A stretch of 64,000 bases of DNA from Nitrospinales bacterium (GCA_965262115.1 OZ253496.1:1664001-1728000); one strand, 5' to 3'. Numbered from the stretch's first letter, positions 52,358 through 62,876 are shown. The notes: generated by a model not told the origin, from the sequence alone. Numbers and translations are program-made.

Positions 52358-53541
52358 AACTGGTCTGTCAAAAAAGCCGTCAATAGATCGGGAGCGTTAT
52401 CGAATAATTTCCCTGCTTCTAAAATTTGTTCATCATATTGGTGGGTGCCTCCCGATTGGGTGGGATACACCAGATAAGGAACCGGAGAACGTTCGTATTT
52501 CATCGACATGGCGGAACTGACATGGTTGACCACCAACAACATTTTTATATTTTCATTTGTCTCCATCGCTTGGGCCAGAGGCCTGATGACCTCTGTATCG
52601 AAATCTTCGATCATTAAAATCTTATCGTCAACATTGCCTTTGAGTGAAACTTCTTCTCCCGCTGAAATGTGGAGGAAAACCACATCTTTGCTTTCCAGTT
52701 CCTTGAGCGTCGCAGAAACTTTGGCCGAATAATTGGTGTCGGAAAACCCGGTCGCGCCTTCCACATCTACAATATCCATACCGGTGAGTTTGCCGATGCC
52801 CTTGACCATCAAAGACGCGGTGATTAAAGATGCACTTTTATCATACCGTTCTCTGAAGGAAGGCAGATTGGGCAGTTCACCGTTGCCCCAAAACCAGATG
52901 CTGTTTACCGGGTCTTCGTTATCGGCAACACGTTTTCTGTTGTAGGCATGGTTATGCAAAATAATTTGCGCCTGATTCATCACGAAGATCAGTTCGCGGT
53001 TTTCCTCGGGCATGAACTGGCGGATGCCTTCGCCGATCAGTTCGTTGGGCGGAGACAACTTTTCCGCAATCGGCGGACTTTTGATAAACATCAAGTTATG
53101 ATAACCACCGCCCGGATAGAACGTGACCGGAGCATCGACCACTTGCTCCTTAAGGGTGTCCATGAGAAGGCCGGAGTCACTACGGGAAAGATGCCCGGCG
53201 GTATAATCTTTCATGACCATATCGTCATGAGTGGGCTGCAGCGTTATTAAATCGCAACAGAGTGCGACTTCATCTTGCGCTGGTCTTATTCCCAATCCCA
53301 TCGCAGAGAGTGGAGCATGACCTGCAGAATATTTTTTTGGATCAAGGCCCAGAAGTCCCAGGCAGGAGATTTCATTCCCCGGATGTAAATCATCCGGAAT
53401 AGTTTGGACCGGCCCGCAGCTGGCATTTTTAGTCAGGGCATCCAGGTTAGGGGTGTCGGCCAACTGCAACGGGGTTTTATTATCTTTTTCCGCGAAAGGC
53501 TTGTCGGTCAGGCCCGCCACGATAACAACCAGGTACTTCAT
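52354..53541 (-). CDS. ApgM-like (cofactor-independent phosphoglycerate mutase fold) protein with degenerate active site
   Basis: KTPLQLA.TPNLD.L, NSIWFWG, VEGATG..DTNY; expected metal ligands and catalytic Ser appear substituted. Confidence 0.8.
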   Translation of the reverse strand: MKYLVVIVAGLTDKPFAEKDNKTPLQLADTPNLDALTKNASCGPVQTIPDDLHPGNEISCLGLLGLDPKKYSAGHAPLSAMGLGIRPAQDEVALCCDLITLQPTHDDMVMKDYTAGHLSRSDSGLLMDTLKEQVVDAPVTFYPGGGYHNLMFIKSPPIAEKLSPPNELIGEGIRQFMPEENRELIFVMNQAQIILHNHAYNRKRVADNEDPVNSIWFWGNGELPNLPSFRERYDKSASLITASLMVKGIGKLTGMDIVDVEGATGFSDTNYSAKVSATLKELESKDVVFLHISAGEEVSLKGNVDDKILMIEDFDTEVIRPLAQAMETNENIKMLLVVNHVSSAMSMKYERSPVPYLVYPTQSGGTHQYDEQILEAGKLFDNAPDLLTAFLTDQL

Positions 53542-53619
53542 TTCTTTAGGGATAAAAGGATTGAGACGTCAAACATAATCAGGAAGTTATGATTATAACT
53601 TAATTTTTGCCATTTCCCC

Positions 53620-53770
53620 AACTTATTGAGAAACAAAGGGTCGACGGTGTAGCCACCGCTGGCAAATTGCAATGTCTTTAACTTGCCCTCAATCGGCTAC
53701 TCGGCCCAACGAGTTATTGCTATCTGCATCCACGGCTAGTGGGCGCTGGCTACACCGCGACCGGATAGAG
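53620..53770. repeat. Family C repeat
   Basis: GGCAAATTGCAA, CTCGGCCCAA and CCACGGCTAGTGGGCG modules. Confidence 0.6.
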
Positions 53771-53880
53771 TTTATACAATCGTGACTTTGATGGCGGTTG
53801 CCTTGATGTAACCTGTTCGTGTCTGACCATGGTTGCAAAAACCCATGGTTGGAAATAGTGCGAGACTTGGCCTTAAGAAC

Positions 53881-54048
53881 GAGACCTTTGCATAACCCAA
53901 GATTCTTCGTTGCAATAGCTCCTCAGAATGACAAAATAGCCTTTTATTGTCATGCTGAGCTAGTGATATTTGACCTTTGAATTCTTGCCCCGTAGGGGTA
54001 TCTCGAAGCATCTCGCTTTTCTGCTTTATAGACTTACGCAAAGGTCTC
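53881..54048. mobile_element. Family A MITE with nested family B copy (53962-54000)
   Basis: TIRs GAGACCTTTGCATAA / TTACGCAAAGGTCTC; perfect 9-bp TSD CTTAAGAAC (53872-53880 and 54049-54057). Confidence 0.9.
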
Positions 54049-54173
54049 CTTAAGAACCCGGCAAGGGGCGAGTTTAATTTAAAAATCAGACTGTTATGGA
54101 CGTAAAAAGGCTTTTATGGTAGCGTTTTACGGACAAAAGCTGAGCGACCTATAAAATAAGATGAGTCTCTTTC

Positions 54174-55531
54174 ATGAGTTACCAAATTACATTAAACACC
54201 TGGTCGGGATCGAGTAAGGCCGAGGCGGCCGAAAAGCTTGCCAGCGTGTTTCGGCTGGGTAGCGACAAGGCCATGGCTGTTGTGGATAATTTATGCCAGG
54301 GGATGCCCTGGCGTTTCGACCGGCCTATTCCCGATAGTCAGGCGGATGGTGCATCGACCTATCTTCGGAGCCTGGGGTTTGCCGTGGACATTCAATCTGT
54401 CGAAGGCGAGATCGAGCCTCTGCCTGATGCCGTTGCTGTGGAAGCGGCTCCCCAAAAAAGGAGAGCTTTGCATAACCCAAGATTCTTCGTCACCTTGCTC
54501 CTCAGAATGACAAAATGGCCCAGTATTGTCATGCTGAGCTTGTCGAAGCATCTCGGTTCTCCGATTTTTCGACTTATGCAAAGGTCTCCCAAAAAAGAGG
54601 AGGCGGGTGTCTCCACACCCGAAGACAGCTATCGGTTCAAGTTCCAGGGGGATGGTCGCATCCTTTTGAATATCAGTTTTGTCAACCTGATCAAGACAGT
54701 GTTCACTCTTGGTATTTACCGGTTCTGGGCCAAAACCAATGTCCGCCAATATATCTGGAGCCAAACTTTATTTTCAGGGGACCGTTTTTCCTACCATGGT
54801 ACTGGCAAGGAGCTAATGAAGGGGGCCATCCGGTTTGGCTCAATCTTAATACTGCTGATTTTGGCAACGGTATATGTAACCTTCAACATTGGGCCTGAGG
54901 CAGGCGAACTGGCTTCCGACTTGCTCGGTTTCATTATTCTTATTATGATTCCGGCGCTCATGGTGGGGGCCTGGAGATACCGGCTTTCTCGAACTGCCTG
55001 GCGCAATATCCGTTTTTCCTTCCGGGGGAAAAGAATGGGGGGATTTTATTAGTATTGACTTTAGGTCTTTACTGGCCGTTCTTCAAAATGAAAACTGAAA
55101 AGTTCTGGCGAGAAAATTCCTGGTTTGGGGATGTGCAGTTTCGTTTTTCCGGGACAGGAAAAGATTTTTTTGGAAAATTTATTCTCTCCATTATTCTCAC
55201 TCCGCTCACGCTGGGGGTTTATCTGTTCTGGTTCACCGCTGATTTAAAGCAGTATCTATGGTCCCATACCCATGTTGGCGGGGCGACCTTCCATTTCCCG
55301 ATAAAGGGAAAAGATTATATGAGCTTAAAGGTGGCTAATTTTTTCATTATCCTGTTTACCTTAGGGTTGGGTTTCCCCTGGGTGGTGGTCCGCAATCAGA
55401 AGTTTGTGACGGACAACCTGACTCTTGCCGGGAATATCGAATTAAACCGGATAGTCCAGGAAATGAAAGACAGTGGAGCATTTGGAGAAGAAGCTCTGGA
55501 TGCCATGGATGTTCCCATTGATATGGGTTAA
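54174..55531 (+). pseudogene. YjgN/DUF898 family membrane protein, split by a frameshift near 55040
   Basis: TLGIYRFWAKT..RQY.W, F.Y.GTG.E and RT.WRNIRF motifs; the second half (TLGLYWPF...) is in another frame; carries a MITE insertion. Confidence 0.8.
54461..54588. mobile_element. Family A MITE inside the DUF898 reading frame
   Basis: TIRs GAGAGCTTTGCATAA / TTATGCAAAGGTCTC; 9-bp TSD CCAAAAAAG (54452-54460 and 54589-54597); internal CTCAGAATGACA...TGTCATGCTGAG palindrome. Confidence 0.9.
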
Positions 55532-55594
55532 GAGCACCCCATAAAAATTACTATATTTTTCGGAGTGGTAGAGGGAGTAAAAAAGCAAGGCCTT

Positions 55595-55700
55595 ATTCAG
55601 CCGAGCCACCGGGGGCAACTGGCAAAGACTTGCTAAGCCGAGACAACTCTTTGCACGCCAGAAAAAGCCATTGCTCATTGGCCCCACGCCTAGCCCGGAT
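55595..55700. repeat. Family C repeat (provides empty sites for family B insertions)
   Basis: GGGGGCAACTGGCAA, GCCGAGACAACTCT and GCTCATTGGCCCCACGCC. Confidence 0.75.
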
Positions 55701-55822
55701 ATTGCATGAGTATTGCTGTGCGCAGGGAGAAGGTTAGGATGAGGGGGATAATAAAGATCAAGCCTGCTTTTTTACTTGTTTACTCATGCAATATGCGGGC
55801 TAGTGGACGGCTAGGAGGCGGC

Positions 55823-56983
55823 ATGACTGCCCGAAAATTGCAATTTGCAGGTGCTTTGTTTGATGGTAAAAGCGCCGGAAAACATCCTGTCGATGTTGAA
55901 CTCACCCCACGGGAAATAATTCTCAAAAAGCCCGGCCAGAAACCGGTCCACTGGTCCTATTCCAACCTTCGATGGGCCGCAATCACGGTCAGCCCTTTTC
56001 ATATTGAACATGGCGATAACAATGACGAAAACATGGAAACCCTGGTGGTGGAAGATCCCGGTTTTTATGAAAGTGTTTTAAAGATTGCACCGGACAGTTT
56101 TTCTGCCACCGGAAAGCAAACGGATATTAACTGGAAACTTTATGCTGCGGGAATACTGTTTCTAATTTTTTCTGGGTATGGTTTTATTAAAATCATCCCT
56201 CCGTTTCTGGCCGACCGAATGGTTGATAAAATTCCTGTTGAATGGGAAATGAGCATGGGCCAGTCCATATTAAAAATGCTTCCGGTGAAGCAAGAACCCG
56301 ATCCAAAAGTCCTCAAGGTTTTGCAGGACACGGTCGACTTACTGGAACAGTCTGTCGCGGACAATCAGCCTTATGACCTGAAGATTTATATTTGGCCAAC
56401 AGAACAGGTCAATGCGTTGGCTTTGCCAGGGGGGCCGATCGTGGTCTTTGAAGGTTTGCTCAATCAGGCCGAGTCTCCCGAGGAATTAGCCGGAGTCATT
56501 GCCCATGAAATCCAGCATATCCTGCTCAGGCATTCCACCCGAGGAATTATCCGCAGCATGGCCAAAAGTATGTTGTTGAGTCTTTTCATTGGGGATGTGA
56601 ATGCTGTCATGGAAGGGATGGCCGCTCTAGTGGGAGAACTTGAAACGCTGGGATTTAGCCGGGAAATGGAAGCAGAAGCCGACCAGAAAGGCATGGAATT
56701 GATCCTTTCCGCCAATATTGATCCGCATGGAATGATTCGAATTTTTGAAAAGCTGATGCAAGAGGAGTCCGAGGATTTGCCGAAGGAAAAAACCGCTTCC
56801 AAAAAAAACGATATGGAACTTTCTTCTTATTTTTCCACCCATCCCTCCGGCCAGAACCGGCTGGCCCGGTTGGAGAAGCAGATGAAGCCTCATGAAGACA
56901 GAACATGGACGCCTCTTTTTCCAAACCTGGACTGGAACGAAATAAAGCCTGGAAATAGAACCCTTCAGCAACCCGGCCCTTGA
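55823..56983 (+). CDS. M48 family zinc metallopeptidase
   Basis: NALALPGG, AHEIQH (HExxH), E.EAD and STHP...R; AGGAGG Shine-Dalgarno before ATG 55823; usual partner of DUF898. Confidence 0.9.
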   Translation: MTARKLQFAGALFDGKSAGKHPVDVELTPREIILKKPGQKPVHWSYSNLRWAAITVSPFHIEHGDNNDENMETLVVEDPGFYESVLKIAPDSFSATGKQTDINWKLYAAGILFLIFSGYGFIKIIPPFLADRMVDKIPVEWEMSMGQSILKMLPVKQEPDPKVLKVLQDTVDLLEQSVADNQPYDLKIYIWPTEQVNALALPGGPIVVFEGLLNQAESPEELAGVIAHEIQHILLRHSTRGIIRSMAKSMLLSLFIGDVNAVMEGMAALVGELETLGFSREMEAEADQKGMELILSANIDPHGMIRIFEKLMQEESEDLPKEKTASKKNDMELSSYFSTHPSGQNRLARLEKQMKPHEDRTWTPLFPNLDWNEIKPGNRTLQQPGP

Positions 56984-57079
56984 TCAGGTTTAAAGATTCC
57001 TTTACGGTGACCATAGAATGCAGTCTTGTTGGGAGGAGTTTTTTGAGCTATAAAATTGATGAACCAGAGGTGGAAAAAA

Positions 57080-58048
57080 ATGATCGTCGTTACGGGAGGC
57101 GCAGGATTCATAGGCAGTGCTTTGGTGCACGGGCTTAATCAGAAAGAGGTTGAGGATATCTGGGTGGTGGATGATGTGGACCACCCTGAAAAACAGAAGA
57201 ACCTTGATGCTCTTACCTGTTCGCGATGGATGGGTAAGGATGAATTTTTGCGGGAAGTCGCAGGGTTAAGGCTTCCGGCGTGTTCAGCGATCCTGCATAT
57301 GGGGGCCTGTTCATCCACGACGGAGACCAATGAAGCCTATCTGCGGGAAAATAATTTTGAGTACACGCAATCCCTTGCTCAATTCTGCCTGAAAAAGGAT
57401 GTGCGTTTTATCTATGCTTCCAGTGCCGCAACTTATGGGGCGGGAGAGAACGGGTACTCCGATGACGAATCCCATCTGGAAACATTGGTTCCTCTCAATC
57501 TTTATGGGGCCAGCAAGCAATGGTTCGACCTGTGGGCCAAAGAGGTGGGCGCGTTGAAGACCATCGTGGGGCTGAAATATTTTAACGTATTCGGTCCGAA
57601 TGAATACCATAAAGGGGATATGCAAAGCATGGTCCGAAAGGGATTTTTGCAGGCGCGCGATGCGGGCGCTCTGAATCTTTTTAAATCCTGCAAGCCCGAA
57701 TATGGCGATGGGGGGCAGGAAAGGGATTTCTTATATGTGCACGATGCGGTGGCAATGACCTTATTTTTTCTGGAGCATAAGGGAATTGGGGGAATCTTTA
57801 ATATCGGGTCGGGCAGGGCGAGAAACTGGAATGATCTGGCTTCCGCTGTCTTCCAGGCGATGAATAAAAAAGTGAATATTAAATATATAGAGATGCCCGA
57901 ATCTATCCGAAACCAATATCAGTATCACACCTGTGCTGAAATGGAGAAAATTCGCTCAGCGGGATATGCTGAAACGATCATTTCTTTAGAAGAAGGAATT
58001 TCAGATTACGTCAAAAACTACCTGATTCCTGACAAGCACCTTGAGTAA
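57080..58048 (+). CDS. hldD: ADP-L-glycero-D-manno-heptose 6-epimerase
   Basis: TGGAGFIGS, GACSSTTE, YASSAATYG, YGASK and YQYHT.A. Confidence 0.93.
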   Translation: MIVVTGGAGFIGSALVHGLNQKEVEDIWVVDDVDHPEKQKNLDALTCSRWMGKDEFLREVAGLRLPACSAILHMGACSSTTETNEAYLRENNFEYTQSLAQFCLKKDVRFIYASSAATYGAGENGYSDDESHLETLVPLNLYGASKQWFDLWAKEVGALKTIVGLKYFNVFGPNEYHKGDMQSMVRKGFLQARDAGALNLFKSCKPEYGDGGQERDFLYVHDAVAMTLFFLEHKGIGGIFNIGSGRARNWNDLASAVFQAMNKKVNIKYIEMPESIRNQYQYHTCAEMEKIRSAGYAETIISLEEGISDYVKNYLIPDKHLE

Positions 58049-58075
58049 TCCCGATTTTGCGGAGACTGTGGGGGG

Positions 58076-59545
58076 TCAACTGGCTTTGTGTTTTTCCAGG
58101 ATTTTTTCCAGGGTTTGTGTGGTGGAATGGCCCTGGACAATGGGAATGATCTCAACTTTTGCCCCGTAGCCTTCAACGATTTCCCGGCCGACAACGTCAT
58201 CGATTTTATAGTCGTCTCCTTTTACCAGAATATCAGGCCTTATTTCTCGGATGAGTTTTTCGGGAGTGGTTTCATCAAACAGGGTGATGTAGTCGATATA
58301 TTTTAAAGCCGAAAGAATATTGGCGCGTTCTTTTTCAGATTTAATGGGCCGGTTTTCCCCTTTTAATTTTTTAACGGACTGATCAGTATTGAGTCCGACT
58401 ACAAGAATATCCCCAAAGGCTTTTGCTTTTTGCAGGAACTCGATATGTCCCCCGTGGATAATGTCGAAACAACCATTGGTGAACACCACCTTTTTTTCCG
58501 TGCTCTTTGCAAGGCCGATGATTTTTTTCAGCTCTTCGAGCCCAAGAACGGTATGAGAGGTGCGTAGCATCTCTTCGTGCAGAAATTCGTTAATTTCTTC
58601 CAGGGTCACGACAGCGGTTCCCACTTTTCCGACAACAACACTGGCGGCCATATTTGAAAGCCATGCGGCTTCCTCAAAATTGAAACCCACAAACACTGCC
58701 ATACCAAAGACACTGATGACCGTGTCTCCGGCACCGGTAACATCAAAGACTTCTTTGGCTACGGTGGGGATGGATATGAGTTTCTCCTTGTTTTGATAGA
58801 GCGACATGCCGTCTTTCCCCTGTGTGATCAGGATGGCCTGTGCCTTCGTCAGGTTCAAAATGTATTCGGCGGCCCGGCCCAGGTCTTCTTTATCCTTGAT
58901 TTTGATGGGAACTGAGAGAGCGACCTCCCTTAAATTGGGGGTGATGACGGTGGCGCCTTTGTATAAGGAGAAATCTGAGCTTTTAGGGTCGACGATGACA
59001 GGTTTTTTAGATTTCTGAGCCCGGTGCATAATCGCCTTAATGACTTTTTCAGTCAGAATGCCTTTATGGTAATCGGAGCAGATAATCCCATCTATTCCGG
59101 GAATAGTCTGATTGATATACTGAATCAACTTTTTTTCAGTTCCTTCGGTGATGGGACGGTTGTCTTCCTTGTCGACTCGCAAAATCTGCTGGTTATGGGC
59201 GATGATCCTCATTTTGGAAGTCGTGGGACGATGGACGAACCGGAAAATTCCTTCCGTTTGAATAGAACGGTCATGGATGGTTTGTAAAAGTTTATCGCCC
59301 TTTTCATCCTGTCCGATGGCGCCGCAAAGATGGACTTCGCATCCGAGACCCACAAGGTTATTGGAGACATTGGCGGCCCCGCCCAAAGCCAGGTTTTCGG
59401 AGCGCGTTTCCAGGATGGGAACGGGAGCCTCGGGAGAGATGCGATGCACTCCTCCCCAGATGTATTCATCCAGTATCAAATCGCCGACAACGAGAATTTT
59501 TGGCCGCTCATTGCTGTTGAAAAAAAATTTAAACTTTTCTTTCAT
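58076..59545 (-). CDS. hldE: Bifunctional heptose 7-phosphate kinase / heptose 1-phosphate adenylyltransferase
   Basis: RISPEAPVP, DVTGAGDT and FTNGCFDIIHGGH. Confidence 0.95.
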   Translation of the reverse strand: MKEKFKFFFNSNERPKILVVGDLILDEYIWGGVHRISPEAPVPILETRSENLALGGAANVSNNLVGLGCEVHLCGAIGQDEKGDKLLQTIHDRSIQTEGIFRFVHRPTTSKMRIIAHNQQILRVDKEDNRPITEGTEKKLIQYINQTIPGIDGIICSDYHKGILTEKVIKAIMHRAQKSKKPVIVDPKSSDFSLYKGATVITPNLREVALSVPIKIKDKEDLGRAAEYILNLTKAQAILITQGKDGMSLYQNKEKLISIPTVAKEVFDVTGAGDTVISVFGMAVFVGFNFEEAAWLSNMAASVVVGKVGTAVVTLEEINEFLHEEMLRTSHTVLGLEELKKIIGLAKSTEKKVVFTNGCFDIIHGGHIEFLQKAKAFGDILVVGLNTDQSVKKLKGENRPIKSEKERANILSALKYIDYITLFDETTPEKLIREIRPDILVKGDDYKIDDVVGREIVEGYGAKVEIIPIVQGHSTTQTLEKILEKHKAS

Positions 59546-60106
59546 TTACAAATCTTCTTCAATAAGTTCACAAATGATATGCCCGATGGTTATATGCACT
59601 TCCTGAATTCTCGCCGTATCGTTGGAAGGAACGACGATAGATAAATTCGCGATCTCTTTTATTTTACCCCCATTGTTGCCCACCAGTCCAATGGTCTCTG
59701 CACCGAGGGCATTGGCCTTTTTCAAGGCTCTCACAACATTTTCCGAGTTGCCGCTGGTGCTGATTCCCACCACTGCGTCGTTTTCATGGGCCAGGGCTTC
59801 GAGTTGTCTTTCAAAAATTGTGTCAAAACCATAATCATTTCCCAGAGCAGTTAATGAAGAGGTGTCGACCGTGAGGGCGATTGCGGACATGGCCCGGCGT
59901 TCTTTTTTGAATCTCCCGACCAGTTCCGCAGCGATATGCTGGCAGTCGGCCGCGCTTCCGCCGTTGCCCATTAATATCAGTTTCCCTCCTTTATCAAGGC
60001 AGGACTTGATACGATTTGCCGCCTCCAGAATATCGCCTGAAAGGGTATCGGCGACCTTTTTTTTCAATTCGGCGCTGGAATAAAGAAAATCTTTAACGCG
60101 TTGCAT
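59546..60106 (-). CDS. gmhA: D-sedoheptulose 7-phosphate isomerase
   Basis: GNGGSAAD.QH, NDYG, STSGNS and ARIQE.H. Confidence 0.95.
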   Translation of the reverse strand: MQRVKDFLYSSAELKKKVADTLSGDILEAANRIKSCLDKGGKLILMGNGGSAADCQHIAAELVGRFKKERRAMSAIALTVDTSSLTALGNDYGFDTIFERQLEALAHENDAVVGISTSGNSENVVRALKKANALGAETIGLVGNNGGKIKEIANLSIVVPSNDTARIQEVHITIGHIICELIEEDL

Positions 60107-60140
60107 AGGTCTCCGTGGTGCTAAAAAATTAAATGTACAA

Positions 60141-60218
60141 CCCCGCCGCAAGCGGACCGGGAATCCTAACGAAAGTGTTATTTTAAAAAACGTGGCAAGC
60201 CACAGGGAATAAAACCCG
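60141..60218. repeat. Paired hairpin element, possibly an IS200/IS605-derived remnant
   Basis: CCGC-AA-GCGG...GGGAAT and GTGGC-AA-GCCAC-AGGGAAT: two related hairpins in direct orientation. Confidence 0.4.
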
Positions 60219-60240
60219 ATTGTGGGATTCGTAAAACATC

Positions 60241-60960
60241 TTACATTATACAGGTACTATTATACAGCAAGCCTTCATCGGCAAAACTAAAAAACCCATT
60301 GCCTCCGATAATAATGTGGTCAACCATAGGAATTCCGACAATTTTTCCGGTTTGGTTGAGCCGGTGGGTGATTTCAAAGTCTTTCTGGCTGGGAGTGGGG
60401 TCCCCGCTTGGGTGGTTATGGATTAAGGCGAAGGATGCCGCAGATTCCCGGATCGCCGGGATCATGACCTCCCTGGGGTGGACAATGCTGGCATTCAAAC
60501 TTCCTTCCGATATAGTCAGGTCTTTAATAAATTGCAGCTTGGGGTCCAGGAGTACGATCTTTACAATTTCCTTTTTCAGATTTTTCAAAAAAGAGGAGAA
60601 CTGTTCCACAAAATCCTGGCTGGACTTTAATTTTATTTTCATGCCTGTTGGTTTTGCAGCCATGCGCTTTCCCACTTCCAACGCGGCTTTGATTTGTGCC
60701 GCTTTGGCGGCACCGATGCCTTTTACCTGACACATTTCGGTGACCGTTGCCTGATCCAGATTTTCCAGGGTGCCGAACACGCTAAGCAAATCCCGGCTCA
60801 AGTCCACCGCGTTTTTTTTGGCGCGTCGATCCCCGGACCCGATGAGGATTCCCAACAGATGTGCGTCCGACAAGGTACTGCTACCATATTTGATCAATCT
60901 TTCACGCGGACGCTCATCTTCCGGCCAGTACTTTATCGCAGACTTGTTTTTTCCTGGCAT
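60241..60960 (-). CDS. radC: RadC / JAB-domain protein
   Basis: ERPRERL, HhH GIG.AKA, HPREV, HNHPSG...PS..D and DHII. Confidence 0.92.
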   Translation of the reverse strand: MPGKNKSAIKYWPEDERPRERLIKYGSSTLSDAHLLGILIGSGDRRAKKNAVDLSRDLLSVFGTLENLDQATVTEMCQVKGIGAAKAAQIKAALEVGKRMAAKPTGMKIKLKSSQDFVEQFSSFLKNLKKEIVKIVLLDPKLQFIKDLTISEGSLNASIVHPREVMIPAIRESAASFALIHNHPSGDPTPSQKDFEITHRLNQTGKIVGIPMVDHIIIGGNGFFSFADEGLLYNSTCIM

Positions 60961-60985
60961 GTCAACATCCCGGATTTCAGATTTT

Positions 60986-61921
60986 TCAGCTAAGCAGATG
61001 TTCTTTGAAATATTTCAGAGTCGATTGCAAACCCTCGTCCAGACTGACTACAGGTTCCCAGTTTAAATGTTTTCTGGCGCGGGTGATATCGGGCTGCCGG
61101 ATTTTTGGATCATCTTCCGGTAAGGGAACGTAAATTATCTTACTCTCGCTGTGAGTCGCTTGCAAAATTTTATCGGCCATTTCTTTAACCGTCATTTCAT
61201 TTGGGTTGCCAATATTAATGGGATAATTCTGGTCTGACATCAGCAGGCGATAGAGGCCTTCAACGAGATCCGACACGAAACAGAAACTTCGTGTCTGTGA
61301 GCCTTCCCCGTAGACCGTTAAATCTTTTCCCGTGAGAGCCTGTTTCAAAAAATTAGGAATGGCCCGACCGTCATTGACCCGCATGCGTGGTCCATAGGTA
61401 TTAAAAATACGGACGATCTTGGTGTTGACCCCATGTGTCCTGTGGTAAGCCATGGTGATGGCTTCGGCAAATCGTTTGGCTTCGTCATAGACACCGCGTG
61501 GGCCAACGGGGTTCACGTTTCCCCAATACTCTTCAGGTTGCGGGTGGATCAAGGGGTCGCCATAACCTTCAGAGGTGGAAGCAAGAAGAAAAGTGGCCTT
61601 TTTGGCTTTTGCCAGACCGAGGGCATTATGCGTACCCAGCGCGCCAACTTTGAGAGTTTGAATGGGAAGCTCCAAATAGTCAATAGGACTGGCAGGGGAT
61701 GCGAAATGAAGAATATAATCCAACTTGCCTTCCAGGTTGATATATTCGGAGACATTGTGTTCCACAAATTGAAACTTCTCGCTTTTTAAACCGGATATAT
61801 TATCTCTGGAACCAGTGATAAGATTATCCATGCAGACCACCTCATGGCCTTTATCGAGAAAGTATTCGCATAAATGCGAACCCAGAAAACCTGCGCCGCC
61901 TGTGACCAATGTTCTTGGCAT
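60986..61921 (-). CDS. UDP-glucuronic acid decarboxylase family SDR
   Basis: [34 protein letters not shown] and DDP..R.PDI. Confidence 0.92.
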   Translation of the reverse strand: MPRTLVTGGAGFLGSHLCEYFLDKGHEVVCMDNLITGSRDNISGLKSEKFQFVEHNVSEYINLEGKLDYILHFASPASPIDYLELPIQTLKVGALGTHNALGLAKAKKATFLLASTSEGYGDPLIHPQPEEYWGNVNPVGPRGVYDEAKRFAEAITMAYHRTHGVNTKIVRIFNTYGPRMRVNDGRAIPNFLKQALTGKDLTVYGEGSQTRSFCFVSDLVEGLYRLLMSDQNYPINIGNPNEMTVKEMADKILQATHSESKIIYVPLPEDDPKIRQPDITRARKHLNWEPVVSLDEGLQSTLKYFKEHLLS

Positions 61922-61928
61922 ATTCACC

Positions 61929-62876
61929 TCATGATTGATTTGGAACCGGATCAAACAGAGTTCCCCGTTCAACTTTATTGCCAGCTAGAAAACTTTTAGC
62001 CGACATACTTTTTTTACCTTCTGGTTGCAGTTCGGTGATGACCAGTCGTCCTTGCCCGGTGCCCACCTCAATGCCCATATCGGAAACTCGGGCAACCTTT
62101 CCCGGCATGTCATCGGAAACTCCCTCAGCGATCTGAACTTTTAATATTCGTAACCGTTTCTTGTTTAGCAAAGTGAAGGTTCCCGGCCATGGGGTCAGGC
62201 CCCGAACCTGATTCGAAAGAGTGGTGGCAGACTGCTCCCATTTGATCAGGCCTTCTTCTTTTTTCAGTTTGGCCGCATATGTGGCTTGGTTGTGATCCTG
62301 TGGGACAGGCAGCAGCGTATTTTCTTCAAGCCTCTTGAGGGTCTCCATTACCAGAGTCCCCCCAATTTCAGACAAGGTGTCGTGCAGGGTTTGTGCGTTA
62401 TCGGTTACATGGATAGGAGTTTCTTGCCTGAGCAGAATGTCTCCGGTATCCATGCCTTTATCCATAATCATGGTGGTGACTCCCGATTTGGTATCGCCGT
62501 TAAGAATGGACCGATGAATGGGAGCCGCCCCTCGGTATTTAGGTAAAAGCGAGGAATGGAGGTTAATGCAGAACTGCTTGGGAATTTCAAGAAAGGTCTC
62601 ACTCAATATTTGTCCGAAAGCGACCACGATAATTATGTCCGGCCGATTTTTTTTAAATGACTCGATAAACTCTGGGTCATTCACCGTTTCAGGTTGCAGT
62701 ATGGGAAGGTTAGAGTCCAACGCATACTGTTTGATTGGGGAAACAAGAAGTTTCTGTCCCCGGCCCTTCGGCTTGTCGGGCTGGGTGATGACGGTCAGTA
62801 CGGAATGTGAAGAATGGTGCAGGACCTTAAGGGTTGGAAGCGCAAATTCCGGCGTTCCCATAAACACAATATTCAT
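61929..62876 (-). CDS. fmt: Methionyl-tRNA formyltransferase
   Basis: [12 protein letters not shown] and [16 protein letters not shown]. Confidence 0.96.
   Translation of the reverse strand: MNIVFMGTPEFALPTLKVLHHSSHSVLTVITQPDKPKGRGQKLLVSPIKQYALDSNLPILQPETVNDPEFIESFKKNRPDIIIVVAFGQILSETFLEIPKQFCINLHSSLLPKYRGAAPIHRSILNGDTKSGVTTMIMDKGMDTGDILLRQETPIHVTDNAQTLHDTLSEIGGTLVMETLKRLEENTLLPVPQDHNQATYAAKLKKEEGLIKWEQSATTLSNQVRGLTPWPGTFTLLNKKRLRILKVQIAEGVSDDMPGKVARVSDMGIEVGTGQGRLVITELQPEGKKSMSAKSFLAGNKVERGTLFDPVPNQS

Noticed and set aside
53772..54041. 89-aa ORF and similar short ORFs over repeats (6266-6496, 8775-8990, 22263-22580, 41386-41652)
   Set aside because: They are translations of MITE, repeat or bridge RNA DNA.
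60241..60960. JAB domain as part of a CBASS or ubiquitin-like defence system
   Set aside because: Full-length chromosomal RadC with HhH domain in a housekeeping context; no cyclase or E1/E2 neighbours.
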